Source of the DNA: Mobula hypostoma
Lineage: Eukaryota
Length of the DNA stretch: 64,000 nt
Direction: 5' to 3'
Assembly: GCF_963921235.1 (NCBI RefSeq)
Contig: NC_086108.1
Span: forward strand, 52,392,001-52,456,000
The position numbers and the translations under genes were made by a program. Of the stretch, positions 39,601-50,600 are shown in pieces. Numbering within the stretch: position 1 is the stretch's first letter; every line of letters starts with the position of its first letter. The notes beneath the pieces are model-generated. The model was given only the letters and a program-made list of their open reading frames with translations, did no database searches and had not been told where the DNA came from.

Positions 39601-39895
39601 AAGACCTTTTTTGATATTCCATTATTAATAAATTGTTTCTTATATTTAATGAGCTTTGTACCAACTGTATAAAATATATAATTAATTTTGTAACACCACA
39701 CATTATCTAGTGGTGTTTAATTGTTCCTCCATTTTTGTTCCCCACTTGTAAATTTCTCAATTTTTGTCGCCTTTTTCCTGTAAAGCAGATTCTCCTGAAC
39801 AATGCAAGAGATTATAGTAACTATTGTGCATTCTTTTACAGATGGAAACCGAAGGCTGGGATGATGATCTGAATTGGGAGGATAATACTTGGTAG
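9432..39895 (+). CDS. SCYL3: SCY1-like pseudokinase 3 (PACE-1), spliced, 5'-partial: join(9432..9617,13188..13301,13495..13551,14187..14289,15632..15743,23974..24051,31225..31364,32250..32434,33982..34150,34663..34845,35894..36648,39842..39895)
   Basis: 12 AG/GT-bounded exons with compatible phases total 2136 nt (711 aa + TAG). Pseudokinase motifs [33 protein letters not shown]-like region; C-terminus [15 protein letters not shown]-terminal exon not found. Confidence 0.95.
9860..11090 (-). mobile_element. CR1 3' fragment (-) interrupted by a Rex1 fragment (+, ~10030..10742)
   Basis: TAGAACATAGAA tail at ~9863; insert encodes LYTHDCVAK...YKFADDT and ends with the Rex1 tail; CR1 resumes at ~10745. 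Confidence 0.75.
11204..12540. mobile_element. Tc1/mariner-type non-autonomous element containing a CR1 insert
   Basis: TA|CACTCAGTGGCCACTTTAT ... ATAAAGTGGCCACTGGGTG|TA terminal inverted repeats with TA duplication. Confidence 0.8.
11370..12510 (+). mobile_element. CR1-type LINE 3' part
   Basis: ORFs 11490..11684 and 11946..12419 ([22 protein letters not shown]). Confidence 0.88.
13188..13301 (+). CDS. SCYL3: SCYL3 coding exon
   Basis: cacag|GGG...GAG|gtgagt; 114 nt; [38 protein letters not shown]. Confidence 0.95.
13495..13551 (+). CDS. SCYL3: SCYL3 coding exon
   Basis: ttgtag|TTC...CAG|gtgtgt; 57 nt; [19 protein letters not shown]. Confidence 0.92.
14187..14289 (+). CDS. SCYL3: SCYL3 coding exon
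   Basis: tttag|TCC...ATGG|gtaagg; 103 nt; [34 protein letters not shown]. Confidence 0.92.
15632..15743 (+). CDS. SCYL3: SCYL3 coding exon
   Basis: ctcaag|TTGCAG...TTCAG|gtaagt; 112 nt; (V)[36 protein letters not shown](R); in-frame alternative acceptor 6 nt downstream. Confidence 0.9.
17536..17643 (+). repeat. 5' terminal direct repeat (108 bp)
   Basis: Matches 20998..21105 with 5 substitutions and no indels. Confidence 0.95.
17820..20818 (+). pseudogene. ZnF-RT-RLE polyprotein, frameshifted (start approximate)
   Basis: [22 protein letters not shown] finger; [59 protein letters not shown]; apparent deletion near 20280 removes the CCHC knuckle. Confidence 0.85.
20979..21053 (+). ncRNA. Putative non-circularly permuted hammerhead ribozyme
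   Basis: GUC site 20992..20994, GAAA 21012..21015, CUGAUGA 21041..21047. Stem III GGGAGU/ACUCCU, stem I UUGAUC/GAUCAA, extra helix CCACCU/AGGUGG. Stem II imperfect. Confidence 0.6.
20998..21105 (+). repeat. 3' terminal direct repeat (108 bp)
   Basis: Matches 17536..17643. Confidence 0.95.
21657..21789 (-). ncRNA. Structured RTE 5' end, possible degenerate HDV-like ribozyme
   Basis: CUCC-ACC-UUCACGU-AGU ... CUGAA-GGGG resembles P2/P3/L3/J4-2; P1 ambiguous. Confidence 0.3.
21900..22980 (-). pseudogene. Chapaev3-like transposase remnant
   Basis: Frameshifted motifs [83 protein letters not shown]; central part missing. Confidence 0.8.
23974..24051 (+). CDS. SCYL3: SCYL3 coding exon
   Basis: cagcag|GAAT...TTCAA|gtaggt; 78 nt; [25 protein letters not shown](K). 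Confidence 0.93.
24117..25312. mobile_element. Tigger/pogo-like MITE
   Basis: TA|CAGTGGATTCCGGTTAATTGGG ... CCTAGTTAACCAGAATCCACTG|TA inverted termini. Confidence 0.8.
24240..25005 (+). mobile_element. Non-autonomous retroposon with Rex1-like 3' tail, nested in the MITE
   Basis: AAGATGGC head; 3' end ACTTTGATAATAAATGTACTTTGAA matches the Rex1 tail at 1924..1948. Confidence 0.6.
25489..30676 (-). mobile_element. Near full-length CR1-type LINE (ORF1 + ORF2), interrupted by another CR1
   Basis: ORF1 ~30520..29732 with Cys finger (CLSCEMW) and SGNH-like motifs ([14 protein letters not shown]). ORF2 endonuclease ([17 protein letters not shown]) and RT (ORF 25916..27469, internally deleted). (TTCTATG)n tail. 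Confidence 0.92.
27502..29033 (+). mobile_element. Young 5'-truncated CR1-type LINE with uninterrupted 475-aa RT ORF (27523..28950)
   Basis: [17 protein letters not shown]; host sequence GTTAC on both sides (27497..27501 / 29034..29038). Confidence 0.92.
31225..31364 (+). CDS. SCYL3: SCYL3 coding exon
   Basis: aacag|ATTT...ACAG|gtacgt; 140 nt; [46 protein letters not shown]. Confidence 0.95.
32250..32434 (+). CDS. SCYL3: SCYL3 coding exon
   Basis: ctgtag|ATGC...CAG|gtaagt; 185 nt; [32 protein letters not shown]...IILPQ. Confidence 0.95.
33982..34150 (+). CDS. SCYL3: SCYL3 coding exon
   Basis: tttaag|ATA...GAAG|gtgagg; 169 nt; [13 protein letters not shown]...[18 protein letters not shown]. 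Confidence 0.95.
34663..34845 (+). CDS. SCYL3: SCYL3 coding exon (symmetric phase 1-1, poorly conserved)
   Basis: tttaag|GTTCC...CAAG|gtaacc; 183 nt, open in the inherited frame: (G)[12 protein letters not shown]...FQLLTTQ. Confidence 0.75.
35894..36648 (+). CDS. SCYL3: SCYL3 large penultimate coding exon
   Basis: ttgtag|CCCAG...GAG|gtgagt; 755 nt; motifs [45 protein letters not shown]. Confidence 0.92.
37053..37255 (-). mobile_element. Rex1/Babar 3' UTR fragment
   Basis: Similar to 3077..3310 (GGTTCAATGTCCATTTAG, AAGTAAATCAATTAC). Confidence 0.7.
37571..38690 (+). mobile_element. CR1-type LINE 3' part, same subfamily as 25489..30676
   Basis: ORFs 37628..38071 and 38094..38399; closely matches the reverse complement of 25500..26335. 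Confidence 0.9.
38720..39410 (+). mobile_element. Highly decayed CR1 fragment
   Basis: Remnants of the SCLTNLLEFF and YLDxQKxFDKV coding regions. Confidence 0.55.
39842..39895 (+). CDS. SCYL3: SCYL3 last coding exon
   Basis: ttacag|[26 protein letters not shown] at 40033. Confidence 0.93.
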   Translation: METEGWDDDLNWEDNTW

Positions 39896-40715
39896 AAAAC
39901 ATTTACCAAGCAAAGATTTATTTAGATACTTAAATTTCCTTCCTCTCTAATATCTTTGACCACACTTTTAAGGCCATTGCCAAGCAGCTAGGCTTTTGTT
40001 CTGTTCAGTAAATATCCAATGTAGCTAGCTGGAATAAAGAATGGAGTCTGAAGTACCCAGAGAGCAATGAGGAACTACCCAGCAGCATCAGCTGTATGCT
40101 TGCTAGTGTTTACTGTAAGTTATTTTAGAGATGTCTGTTAACTCTTGTGAAGATGTTTTATTCAAATATTATATGGAGGGGTGGGGAAAAGAAAGATACA
40201 CTGGTGGTTTCAGTCTGGCCTATATTTCCATCTGTGGAAAGTTCTAAACAATTGATCCAATGCAAAAAAAAAAGTCTAGTTCTGATTTTGGTGTTAAGTA
40301 CTGAGAATTACAACTTACAGTTATGAATTTACATTTCACCTTAAATACAGTTTAAAGCTGGAACTCACCTCACTTGATATGGGAATAATGGTTTCCTGGA
40401 GTTCATCTGATTCAGAAGTCACACTGGTTAGAGTTGGTGTGAAAATGAAGCCACTAATGATAGATACTAAATCTGGAGGTCTATCTTTTCAACAGCCTTA
40501 ACAACGTATTGACCAACTTGGAGCAAAATCTTGCAACTATTTACAGTAACCCTTATTGAAATGTATTTCCTATTTAATGAGTTTTATGTAGCAACATGAG
40601 CACCTAAAGACTCAAGGTACAGAAGGGAAAGTCAAAAGGTGGAAGAAAAAAAGGTAAATTTTCAAGCCCAGTATTGCAGCAAGGTTAAAACTTCCTCCAA
40701 TAAACATCAGTAACA

Positions 40716-41960
40716 TAGTTGTCGTCGTGGCTATCCTTCGAGGTCAAGCATGATGGTCTTCGTTCCATTGATCTATCTATGGGCTGTCAAGTGGCTTATG
40801 AGTCCAATCTTGGCTTTGAAAGTTCTTCCGCATTCAGGACAGGTAGTTCCAGATGGCAGATCAGGCTTTGGTTGTTGCTGCATTTCTTTCCATTTTCTTC
40901 TCTTCTAATTCTGCACATCTGTTGGCTTCGAAAGTTGCTGTTCCTTCTTGGATGATGGCTTGCCAGAGTTTCCTGTCTTTGGCATTGGTTTCCCAATTGT
41001 TGATGTCGATGTTACATTTCTTCATGTTGGCTTTTAAGATGTCTTTGAATCTCTTCTGTTGTCTGCCTCTTTTACGTTTGCCACCTTTAAGCTGGGAGTA
41101 GAAAATTTGTTTCGGCAGACGTTCGTCTTTCATCCGAACAACATGACCACTCCATCTTCGTTGGTTCTTCTATCTTCCCAGCTGATATTTGAGATAAACA
41201 CAAAATATTCTGCAGATGCTGGGGTCAAAGCAACACTCACAACAAGCTCGAGGAACTCGGCAGGTTGGGCAGCATCTGTGGAAACGATCAGTCAACGTTC
41301 CGGCCCGGAACGCTGACTGATTGTTTCCACGGATGCTGCCTGACCTGCTGAGTTCCTCCATCTTGTTGTGAGTGTTGCTGATATTTAAGATGTTTTGAAG
41401 GCAGCGTTGATGGAACTTTCAAGTGCCTTCAGATGTCGTCGGTATGCTGTCCAGGTTTCTGATGCATACAGGAGTGTTGGGATCACCACTGCTTTCTACA
41501 CTAACATTTTGGTGTCTGTTTGAATGTCATGATCATGAAAGACTCTTGTATGGAGACGTCCAAAAGCTGCTCCAGCGCATTTAAGACTATGTTGGATCTC
41601 GTCATTAAGGTCGACATTGGAGGAGAGGGTGACTTCCAAGATACGGAAAGTGGTCCACGTTTTCCAGGTAGTTTTGCCAAGTTGAATTGATGGTTCTATC
41701 CGATTTGTCTCAATTGGTGACGGTTGATAGATGATCTGAGTCTTCTTGGAATTTATGGTAAGTCCAAGTTTAGTCTATGCACGGTTGTAGGTGGTTTTCT
41801 GAGAGAGCTGCAACACTGTTGTCATCTGCGTATTGGAACTCGATGAGGAAACTTCTGCATATCTTGTTTCTGGACTTGAGACGGGCAAGATTGAAAAGTC
41901 TGCCATCTGTTCTGTACACAATTTCGATTCCTGGGGGTAGGTCGTCCTTGATGATGTAAC
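40716..41960 (-). mobile_element. RTE-clade LINE 3' fragment
   Basis: [58 protein letters not shown]. Confidence 0.85.
41196..41376. repeat. Palindromic short element related to Penelope-like termini
   Basis: ~75-bp inverted arms 41229..41379; 15-bp TSD GCTGATATTTRAGAT (41181..41195 / 41377..41391); similar to 57090..57200. Confidence 0.8.
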
Positions 41961-44461
41961 ATAGTACTCAAATCTTGTGGTATTATGATCCGGAATCAAA
42001 ATTATAACTATAAAAATGTGTCATTCTGGCCACTACTTTTCAGGACATTGCCAGATAACCACATATTTTAATATGTTTACTTAAGGCCCCTTTACATACT
42101 TGAATGCCAAATAGAAAACTTAAATCAAGGGCTTGATCTGTTTCACACTCTTCAAAGGTGAGGGACATTAGAGATCTTAATTACATTTTGTTTTATAATT
42201 GTGGTTATTTAGTTTTGTTGATTTACATTGAGAAAATAAATTCTTCTAAACGAAGATTTGGGTGTATTTTCTGAATGTGGATACTGAAGGGAGAAATTGA
42301 TCACTGAAATTAAGGTTAACAATTAGCTTTCTCAAAGAAAAAAAACTGCATACTAGAAAGAGATTCTTTTTTCAGTAGCTATACAAGCCTGCTTTCATGG
42401 AAGTTTGACCCAACCACCTTCACTATCTGGCTGCTGAACTTTGGAATCTTGTACTTGGGCCAAAGAGATGGGCATTGAAGTAATCTGGTAATGGCCCCAT
42501 AACAAAATTTAATGGAACAAGGTAAAACATTAGCCTTGCATTATTATGGTACAACTTTAAATTGTGTTAGATCGAAACTTCTTGATGGGTGGATATCAAA
42601 TAAAGGTGAATGGACTTAACCTGAAAACTGCTCAAATTTCATAAGTAATGCTAATAAGAAACTAAGTGATAATGAGAGAAGTATGGAGGGAAAAGATTTG
42701 CCTCTTCTATGATACTATGAGCTAAAAATTAGAATCATTTTATGCCTTAAATGTTGGGTTGAGATTTCCAGAAAACCAAAGAGTACTTTTACTATTCCTT
42801 AATGGGGAAATACTGAATAAAGACCTTGTTTTGAGTTCAAGGAATTAAAACTGTAATGCAAAATGCTCAAGATAGAGCACTATTTATTTACTTATTTAAA
42901 CAAAACTGTTTATAATTTGAAATTCTACACACAATTTATGAAAATATCATACATGAAACTAATTTCATGCTTATTGGCATTGCTAACCAAAATGGCCATC
43001 AAATACAGAGCTGGGAACTGATTCAGTAGAAAATTGAAAGTGAATATTGATATCCTAATTCTGTTCCTGAAAATACTGGGAAGAGTAACTGTAATTTTGC
43101 TTCCATTTCTTACTTTGCTTATCCTTCTGTTTATTTGATGTTTGAATCAGCAGTTGTGTACTTTGCAATATTACTTCGGCCTGATTGCACTACATTAAGT
43201 ACGTAACCATTTCTATTACATTCTAATGACACAGGCTGTTTATGTTACAGCATGGCTATGTTGCCAACCATTGCCTGAGGATGTAGTGACAAAATACCGT
43301 TTGACTTATTTAAATATATGCGTGTGAGCCAGATTGTTAACACCAAAGGTTAATATACTAAGTACACTGAATGAAACACTTTCATGGAGCAGCGAAGTAG
43401 GAAATATTTTGCTGGGTGATCTGATTCTTTAAATGTAATTCATCCTCAGTATCCTGGCTGTTGATATTAATGTCTAATACTGATCATTTGCAAAACCAGA
43501 ATTTCTCACATCAAATGGTCTTTGAATTTATTTAATGTATTGAGGCACTGGACACAATTAGTAATTAGTTAAAAGCAGAAGTAATTTGCATGTATTTGGA
43601 GAGGTAACGATCCTTCTCTTGTAATATACCAAATTAGACTAATTTCAGTTTAAAGTCAACTGATTCTTTCTCTAATTGTAGAAAGTTGAACCCCAGGCTG
43701 AAATTGCTGTTATAAAAGATGATTTTGTAAAAATTAGTATGTTCAAATGTATATTTTTGTACAATTAAAGATCATTTTATAAAAGATACTTAACAGTCTA
43801 AACACTGATAGTTTTCTACTCATTATAATAGTAAGAATATTCAACACTTCAATTTTACATGTCTTTAATAATGGAATATTTTTACCCAAAGGTGAGAATA
43901 TAAGAAGAAATAGTGCATCCTTTTATCTCCTCACTGATTTACCTCCAAAAGAATACACTGAGAAGCAATGGCTGTGATTCTTAGAGATTAGTGTCAGTGG
44001 CTGATATAACCTTCTGATTAACATGATCAAACAGTCACTTGGGCAATTGAGTGCATCTGTGATTCATGATCCAACTTATCTGTTCCCTTTGTAACTGGGA
44101 GGTTGTCTTGATTACATTACTGGAAAAAGATGAAGCTATTGTCCACTACTTATCAACTTAAAACAAATACGACCATAAAGGAGTAGTTTTGCTCTATGAT
44201 TTATTTTCCTTCAAATTATTGTTGTAGAAAGGCAAATCAAAAATATCTTGTTACAATAAATAAGTTTATTAGTATTGTGGGTATGCTGCAAATTATTCCT
44301 CCACCTAATTTTTATGCAATTAAACCCTATAGGATTTACAGACAGTATTGTGCTCTTTCAAAGTTGTTTCAAAATAAAACACAAGTTATCTTGTATTAAG
44401 AAAACTAGCCTGTAGCATACATTCCTCCTATGGTGAAGGTATGTAACAATTCATTCAAATT

Positions 44462-44656
44462 TTAGACAGGTTCTTGCCTGCTATTCAAAGCAAGGATTGT
44501 TTCTTGCAAGGCTTGTAAACGGACTGTTACCCAGTCTGGTGGCACTTGCTGCTTTACCAAAGTCTGCAATATTTTAAAAGCATTCTCTGCTGTTTGCAAG
44601 GCTGTCTCGTACTGCTCCTCCTTACATGATTCCTGCCGGGCACGCTTGGCAGATGG
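44462..44656 (-). CDS. FIRRM: FIRRM last coding exon
   Basis: tttcag|CCA; 195 nt; PSAKRARQESCKEEQYETALQ...SRQEPV*. Confidence 0.92.
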   Translation of the reverse strand, partial: PSAKRARQESCKEEQYETALQTAENAFKILQTLVKQQVPPDWVTVRLQALQETILALNSRQEPV

Positions 44657-47600
44657 CTGAAAAAGTTATAAAAACAGCTTTAGAGTTGTGGAGTAGTTTA
44701 GTAGGTGACAGTTCTCTCTGCTTCTACAGATTGGGAATGAACACTTGAACCTCTGCACACTGAACAGTCTATGGTTGCTCTCTGATAGCAGTAGAACATG
44801 TTATCTTACAGTTTGAATTTTGTGGTCATCACTGCCTATACACGATTAACTCATCTTTTAATGGATTTTGCCTTGAGCTTGTTTCCACTATTCTCAATCT
44901 ACTTACGTCACAGTCCCAGAAACGAACATTCCCTAGCACTTGTGCTGATTAGTCACTGATAGGGCTACTATTATACATGTATATACAATTACCACTGATA
45001 ATTACAGGTGCTCTTTAGTGCCAAATAGTATTAATTTTATTAAGGACAGCAAAAGCAGTTTTAATTTATAAGCTGAAAGACATCAAGGTCTGTACTCCTG
45101 AAGCCTATCTGTACATCCTCTGGAAATATGCAAGTGAATTTGTTAAGAAAGATTCATCTATGAACATGTTCATTATCAAGGTCTACACTCAACCACTTGA
45201 ACATGGTCTTAACACAAAGCCTTGACCAGAATCAACACCGTCAAAAGGGAGACAAAACTTGGACAGTAAAGCACTTATGATTTGAAACTATACCTGCACT
45301 ATAGTAGGATCACTCATGGTACATTGGCTTAGGATATTGAAATGTGCCTCTAGAACAATATTTTCTTGTTTCAACCTCTCCATTCGTAGTTCCTTGGACT
45401 CAACTGTCGTGATTGCCTGCAGGGGAAGAACACATTATTGCTGCAGTACCCTTTTTAGGACCAGGTACTTTTTTTGGTTTCTCTCAAGAGCTGATAATAG
45501 AATACACCACCCAATCTTGACATTCAGGAAATTACCTCTGGTTTGAATCCTATTACTTTGTGTATGGTCTTGCATTTTGTCCCAATTTTTGTATAAATTA
45601 ATTAAAACAGGATCAATACTTAACAATGCTCTTTGAAACGTATAAGATCCTAAAGGGATTGGACAGGCTAGATGCGGGAAGATTGTTCCCGATGTTGGGG
45701 AGGTCTAGAACGAGGGGTCACAGTTTGAGGATAGAGGGGAAGCCTTTTAGGACCGAGGTTAGGAAAAACTTCTTCACACAGAGAGTGGTGAATCTGTGGA
45801 ATTCTCTGCCACAGCAAACTGTTGAGGCCAGTTCATTAGCTATGTTTAAAAGGAAGTTAGATATGGCCCTTGAGGCTACAGGGGTCAGGGGGTATGGAGG
45901 GAAGGCTGGGTTCTGAGTTGGATGATCAGCCATGATCATAATAAATGGCGGTGCAGGCTCGAAGGGCCGAATGGCCTACTCCTGCACCTATTTTCTATGT
46001 TTCTATGAAACCTAAATACTACCTTACAACCTTGGCTAGAATATTGCCTTAGATTCCAAAAATGTTAGTTTATTTAAAGTATGAACTCATTAGTTGGCTA
46101 TTATACATATTCAAAAGAACCTTGATAACCTAGTAAACAAAAATTAGGAGATCACTGATCTGAACTGAAGCAATATTTGCTTACAGCACAGCCAGTTCTG
46201 TGATCCTAAATTCCTGAACAAAAGCTGTAAAATTATTGCTATTTTTATAATAAAATCAGGAACAGCTTTAGCTATTATTTGGCAGTGAATAGGCTCAGGA
46301 CATTTCTGGCAGTTCAAAATTAGGCACCAGCAACAGAATGGACATATGTTTGACATATTTCTTAAGCTAGCTTTACAACCAAGATAGAGAATCAACTGAG
46401 TGACACCAAACATTAATTAGCTAGATTGTTTTTGTCCTGTTTTTATGCTTGACCTTATCCAAGCAATTTTCCACATTACTGGGCAGCTTCCCTTGTAGTT
46501 GCATTAGAATAGCAATTGCACTGAAGATGCAGTCAGTCTGTTGTCTTGTTCCATGGCTCTCAACTGATTGAGATCAGGAAAGAAACAGGGTCCCCTGCAA
46601 CAATTGACTTGCCTCTTAACACTCTAGGCCCTTCTACCCATGCAATCAGCAGCCTGATGAAATATTCATGCTTCATGAGTGCATGTCCAAAATCTCTGCA
46701 GTATTCAGCCCTGATGCAGGATTTTGACCGGAAATGTTGATAATCAAGTTTCTTCCCTCACAGATGCTGCATGTCCCGCTGAGTTACTCCAGCACCTTGC
46801 TTGTTGCACCAGGTTCCAGTATTTGCAATTTTGTGTCTCAAAAAAACTCTCAATAAGCTAAACTGCATTTAAAAGATTCAATAATTCCATTTAATATCAG
46901 AAATATATAAAATGTTCTTCGTAGACATCCAAAAAATCAGAAGTGCCCCAAAGAATGAGTGACAGTAAAAATGTTAGAACCCCAAAGCTCCCCCTTCCAC
47001 GCACAAGCAAAAGCGAAGCAACACCCCTCCCCCTACCCATTTCAATAAATGGACAGAGAGGTGTCACCCTTTCAAAGCAAGGGGGAGACTTTAAACAGCT
47101 TGTTGATTTACGATGGTAAAGTCTGCCAAGTCGCTAATTGTAGAAAGTTCTCCGACTCGAGAACCAGCAAACTCTCCCTCACCAATGAGTGAGAGTGAGC
47201 ACACGCGATTCACCGAGTACAGAGCCGACAGCCAATCTGCTTCATTTAGAACAAAGAATTCCACTTGACTGGCACCCCTTTGATTAGCCTAACAATTCAT
47301 TCACTTTAGCAATAGCATAACATGGCTACGATGTATATGGAATGTAGTTACTTCCCTAGGCTATTCAAAGAAACCTATGACCTCTTCCACTAAGGAAGAC
47401 AAGGTTCAACTTTATTTGCTATTTACATGTATTAGGAATTTGCTGTGGTGTGTGGCCGTGACATGAAACGACTGTATTAAAATACTAGTCTTCAGGTTTC
47501 CTTTTGGATCACACTTCATCCTGAACTAGAACTGCAGCAGCTGTCCCTTCAACACTGCTGGGTCTAAATCTTGGAACCCTTTCTGCGATAGTATTACACA

Positions 47601-50600
47601 TATATCTTCACCATAAAGACCACAGTAGCTTAAAGATTGCTTACTGTCACTTTCAAATGCAACTCAGATGGGCAATAATTGCTGGCCTTGTAAGTGCTGA
47701 ATCAACTGAAGTACCTAACTTTATCACCGATTTAAATTATTGCTTCTCCCAGTAAAGTACCTTTTAATGAAGCAACCTTAAAATTAAAAAATAAGGCCAT
47801 TTTCTCTACCATCAACTCTAATTTATTGTACCTTGTTCAAGAAGCTTACAACTTTGGTCTTTGTACTGCTCGACTCCAGACTCTGTGGGACTATTTCCTC
47901 ATGGCAGGTCTCCTGAAAAAAAATGCTTGTTACTCATTCTTCACCATTGCTCAAGGTTTAAAAACACGACAAAATATTACAAAATAAACCATACATTTGT
48001 TTATATTTATCTAATTTATAATTAGGCAGTAAGTTCTGAAAGAATTGGTTTTGTGGATTGACAAGAGTTTGACTCTATTTAGCAATAGGGACCTCTTTGG
48101 TCCAAATCTTAGGTTACCTCTAATTTAATTCGTTGTTTATTAGAAATAATTTTAAGATCTTTATTCACTTACATCAAAGATGGACAATGGAATTGGTTCA
48201 AATTTCTAAATTCCTGTTGGTCAGGTACTTCCATTTTACAAATAAAATTAATAAATGATTTATTGACCTTTGTAATTTATAAAATGACTAGGCTCCTAGA
48301 TTATGACAGAATAAATTCGATAATAGGTGAGTTTCCTACCTACTCAACTGAAAATCTGCTCAACTTTTTCAAAGATACAAAAAAAAATCCAAAGATGCAG
48401 GAAAAACAGTGATATACACTAAGATAAGCAATCTGATATTATCCCCGTAATACAAGCTGAAATGTGTATTATATTCTTAATAAGTTTGTAAATTACCTTG
48501 TCAGGCTGCATAACTATATTAAATATTAATTATATTAGTCTCAATTGTTACCTCAGCAAACTGTGTAAATCCTTGAAGTGCTTGCTGAAGAATTAGCCAA
48601 GACTGGTCAGCCAGAAGGAAAGCAAAGAGACAAGGTAGCTTTGGAAAGACCATACCCTGCAATGGAAATAAAACCTGTTCTAAGATCTTTCTTATTTAAT
48701 ATCTGAACATAACAAAAAGCCTTTTCCTGGAGAGAACTGGTTTATTCAATTAGACTTTCACTTCAAATCCAGACTGACACTACAAATCCCATAATGCTCA
48801 ATGATCTTGATTTACTATGGAGAACCAAAGGGCCTACTGAGGTTGCAAAATATGCCAGATACAAGTATTTCGTTCATGCTAAACAGTAGTCCTGAACTCC
48901 TGTAAGAAAGCTACGCAGTAAGTTTATACAAGTTCAATCAAGATCTGCCCAGTTGGTGCTTGTGGACACCTGGGCTTCACAAGACGATGTGAGCAGCAAA
49001 GGGCTGGAGGAATGGTGAAGGCAGTGAACTCAAGAACACTGAGCACAACCTGGCCCAAAGGTATAGCTTTCATCCAGGGTGTCACTTCAGACCAGTTCTG
49101 GTTGCAGTTGCCCTTAGAATACCCGAAGTTTGAACTGGGAAACAAAAGGTTATCTATTTTCTAGTAATTACATTTTTCACCCTGTGGAACCAAAATGGCA
49201 TTAAAATTTACAAAGCAAATTACTTTTAATTACACATACAACATGTTGGAAGAAATCAGCAGGCCAGGCAGCATCAATGGAAAAGAGTAAACAGTCAACG
49301 TTTAAGGTAGGGTACTGACATGAATAGAAAATTGGTTGGCAGACAGGAAACAAAGAGTAGGGACTAATGGGTCCTTGGCTGTTAGTGACTAGTGGGGTAC
49401 CGCAAGGCTCGGTGCTGGGACCACAGCTATTTACAATATACATTAATGATTTAGATGAAGGGATTAAAAGTAACATTAGCAAATTTGCAGACGACACAAA
49501 GCTGGGTGACAGTGTGAAATGTGAGGAGGATCTTATGAGAACGCAGGGTGATTTGGACGGGTTGGGTGAGTGGGCAGATGCAGTTTAATGTGGATAAATG
49601 TAAGGTTATCCACTTTGGTGGCAAGAACAGGAAGGCAGATTACTATCTGAATGGTGTCAAGTTAGGAAAAGGGGAAGTACAACGAGATCTAGGAGTCCTT
49701 ATTCATCAGTCACTGAAAGTAAGCATACAGCTACAGCAGGCAGTGAAGAAAGCTAATGGCATGTTGGCCTTCATAACAAGGGGAGTATAGGAGCAAAGAG
49801 GTCCTTCTGCAGTTGTACAAGGCCCTGGTGAGACCACACATGGAGTATCATGTGCAGTTTTGGTCTCCAAATTTGAGGAAGGACATTCTTGCTATGGAGG
49901 GAGTGCAGCGTAGGTTCACTGGGTTAATTCCAGGGATGGCGGGAATGTCATATGTTGAAAGATTGGAGCAACTGGGCTTGTATACACTGGAATTCAGAAG
50001 GATGAGAGGGGATCTGATTGAAACATATAAGATTATTAAGGGATTGGACACGCTAGAGGCAGGAAACATGTTCCTGATGCTGGGGGAATCCAGAACCAGA
50101 GGCCACAGTTTAAGAATAAGGGATAGACCATTTAAAACGGAGTTGAGGAAAAACTTTTTCACAGAGAGGGTTGTGGATCTGTGGAATGCTCTGCCTCAGA
50201 AGGCAGTGGAGGCCATTTCGCTGGATTCTTTCAAGAAAGAGATAGAGCTCTTAAAGATAGCGGAGTCAAGGCATATGGGGAGAAGGCAGGAACTGGATAC
50301 TGATTGTGGATGATCAGCCATGATCACAGTGAATGGCGGTGCCGGCTCAAAGGGTCAAATAGCCTACTCCTGCACCTATTGTCTATTGACGTTGCGGGCT
50401 GACACCCTTCTTCAAGACCGATGAATGGTATGTTTTATTAAAATAAGTTTTTTTTTCTTTGAAGAGAGAGTAGAAGTGAAAGTACCTGAACATCTGGTGA
50501 TATAGCAATCTTTCCCAGGGATCCCAGAAAGTCCAATGCAGCAAGACGAACATGATCAGGAGGATTTAAAGGTAGAAGAAAACTGAGAAATAATACCACC

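Noticed and set aside
46873..47250. Probable repeat fragment on - strand
   Set aside because: Resembles the non-autonomous elements only loosely; not enough to call.
48924..49165. Short open frames on both strands in a FIRRM intron
   Set aside because: No recognisable motif, and the flanking FIRRM exons join in frame without it.
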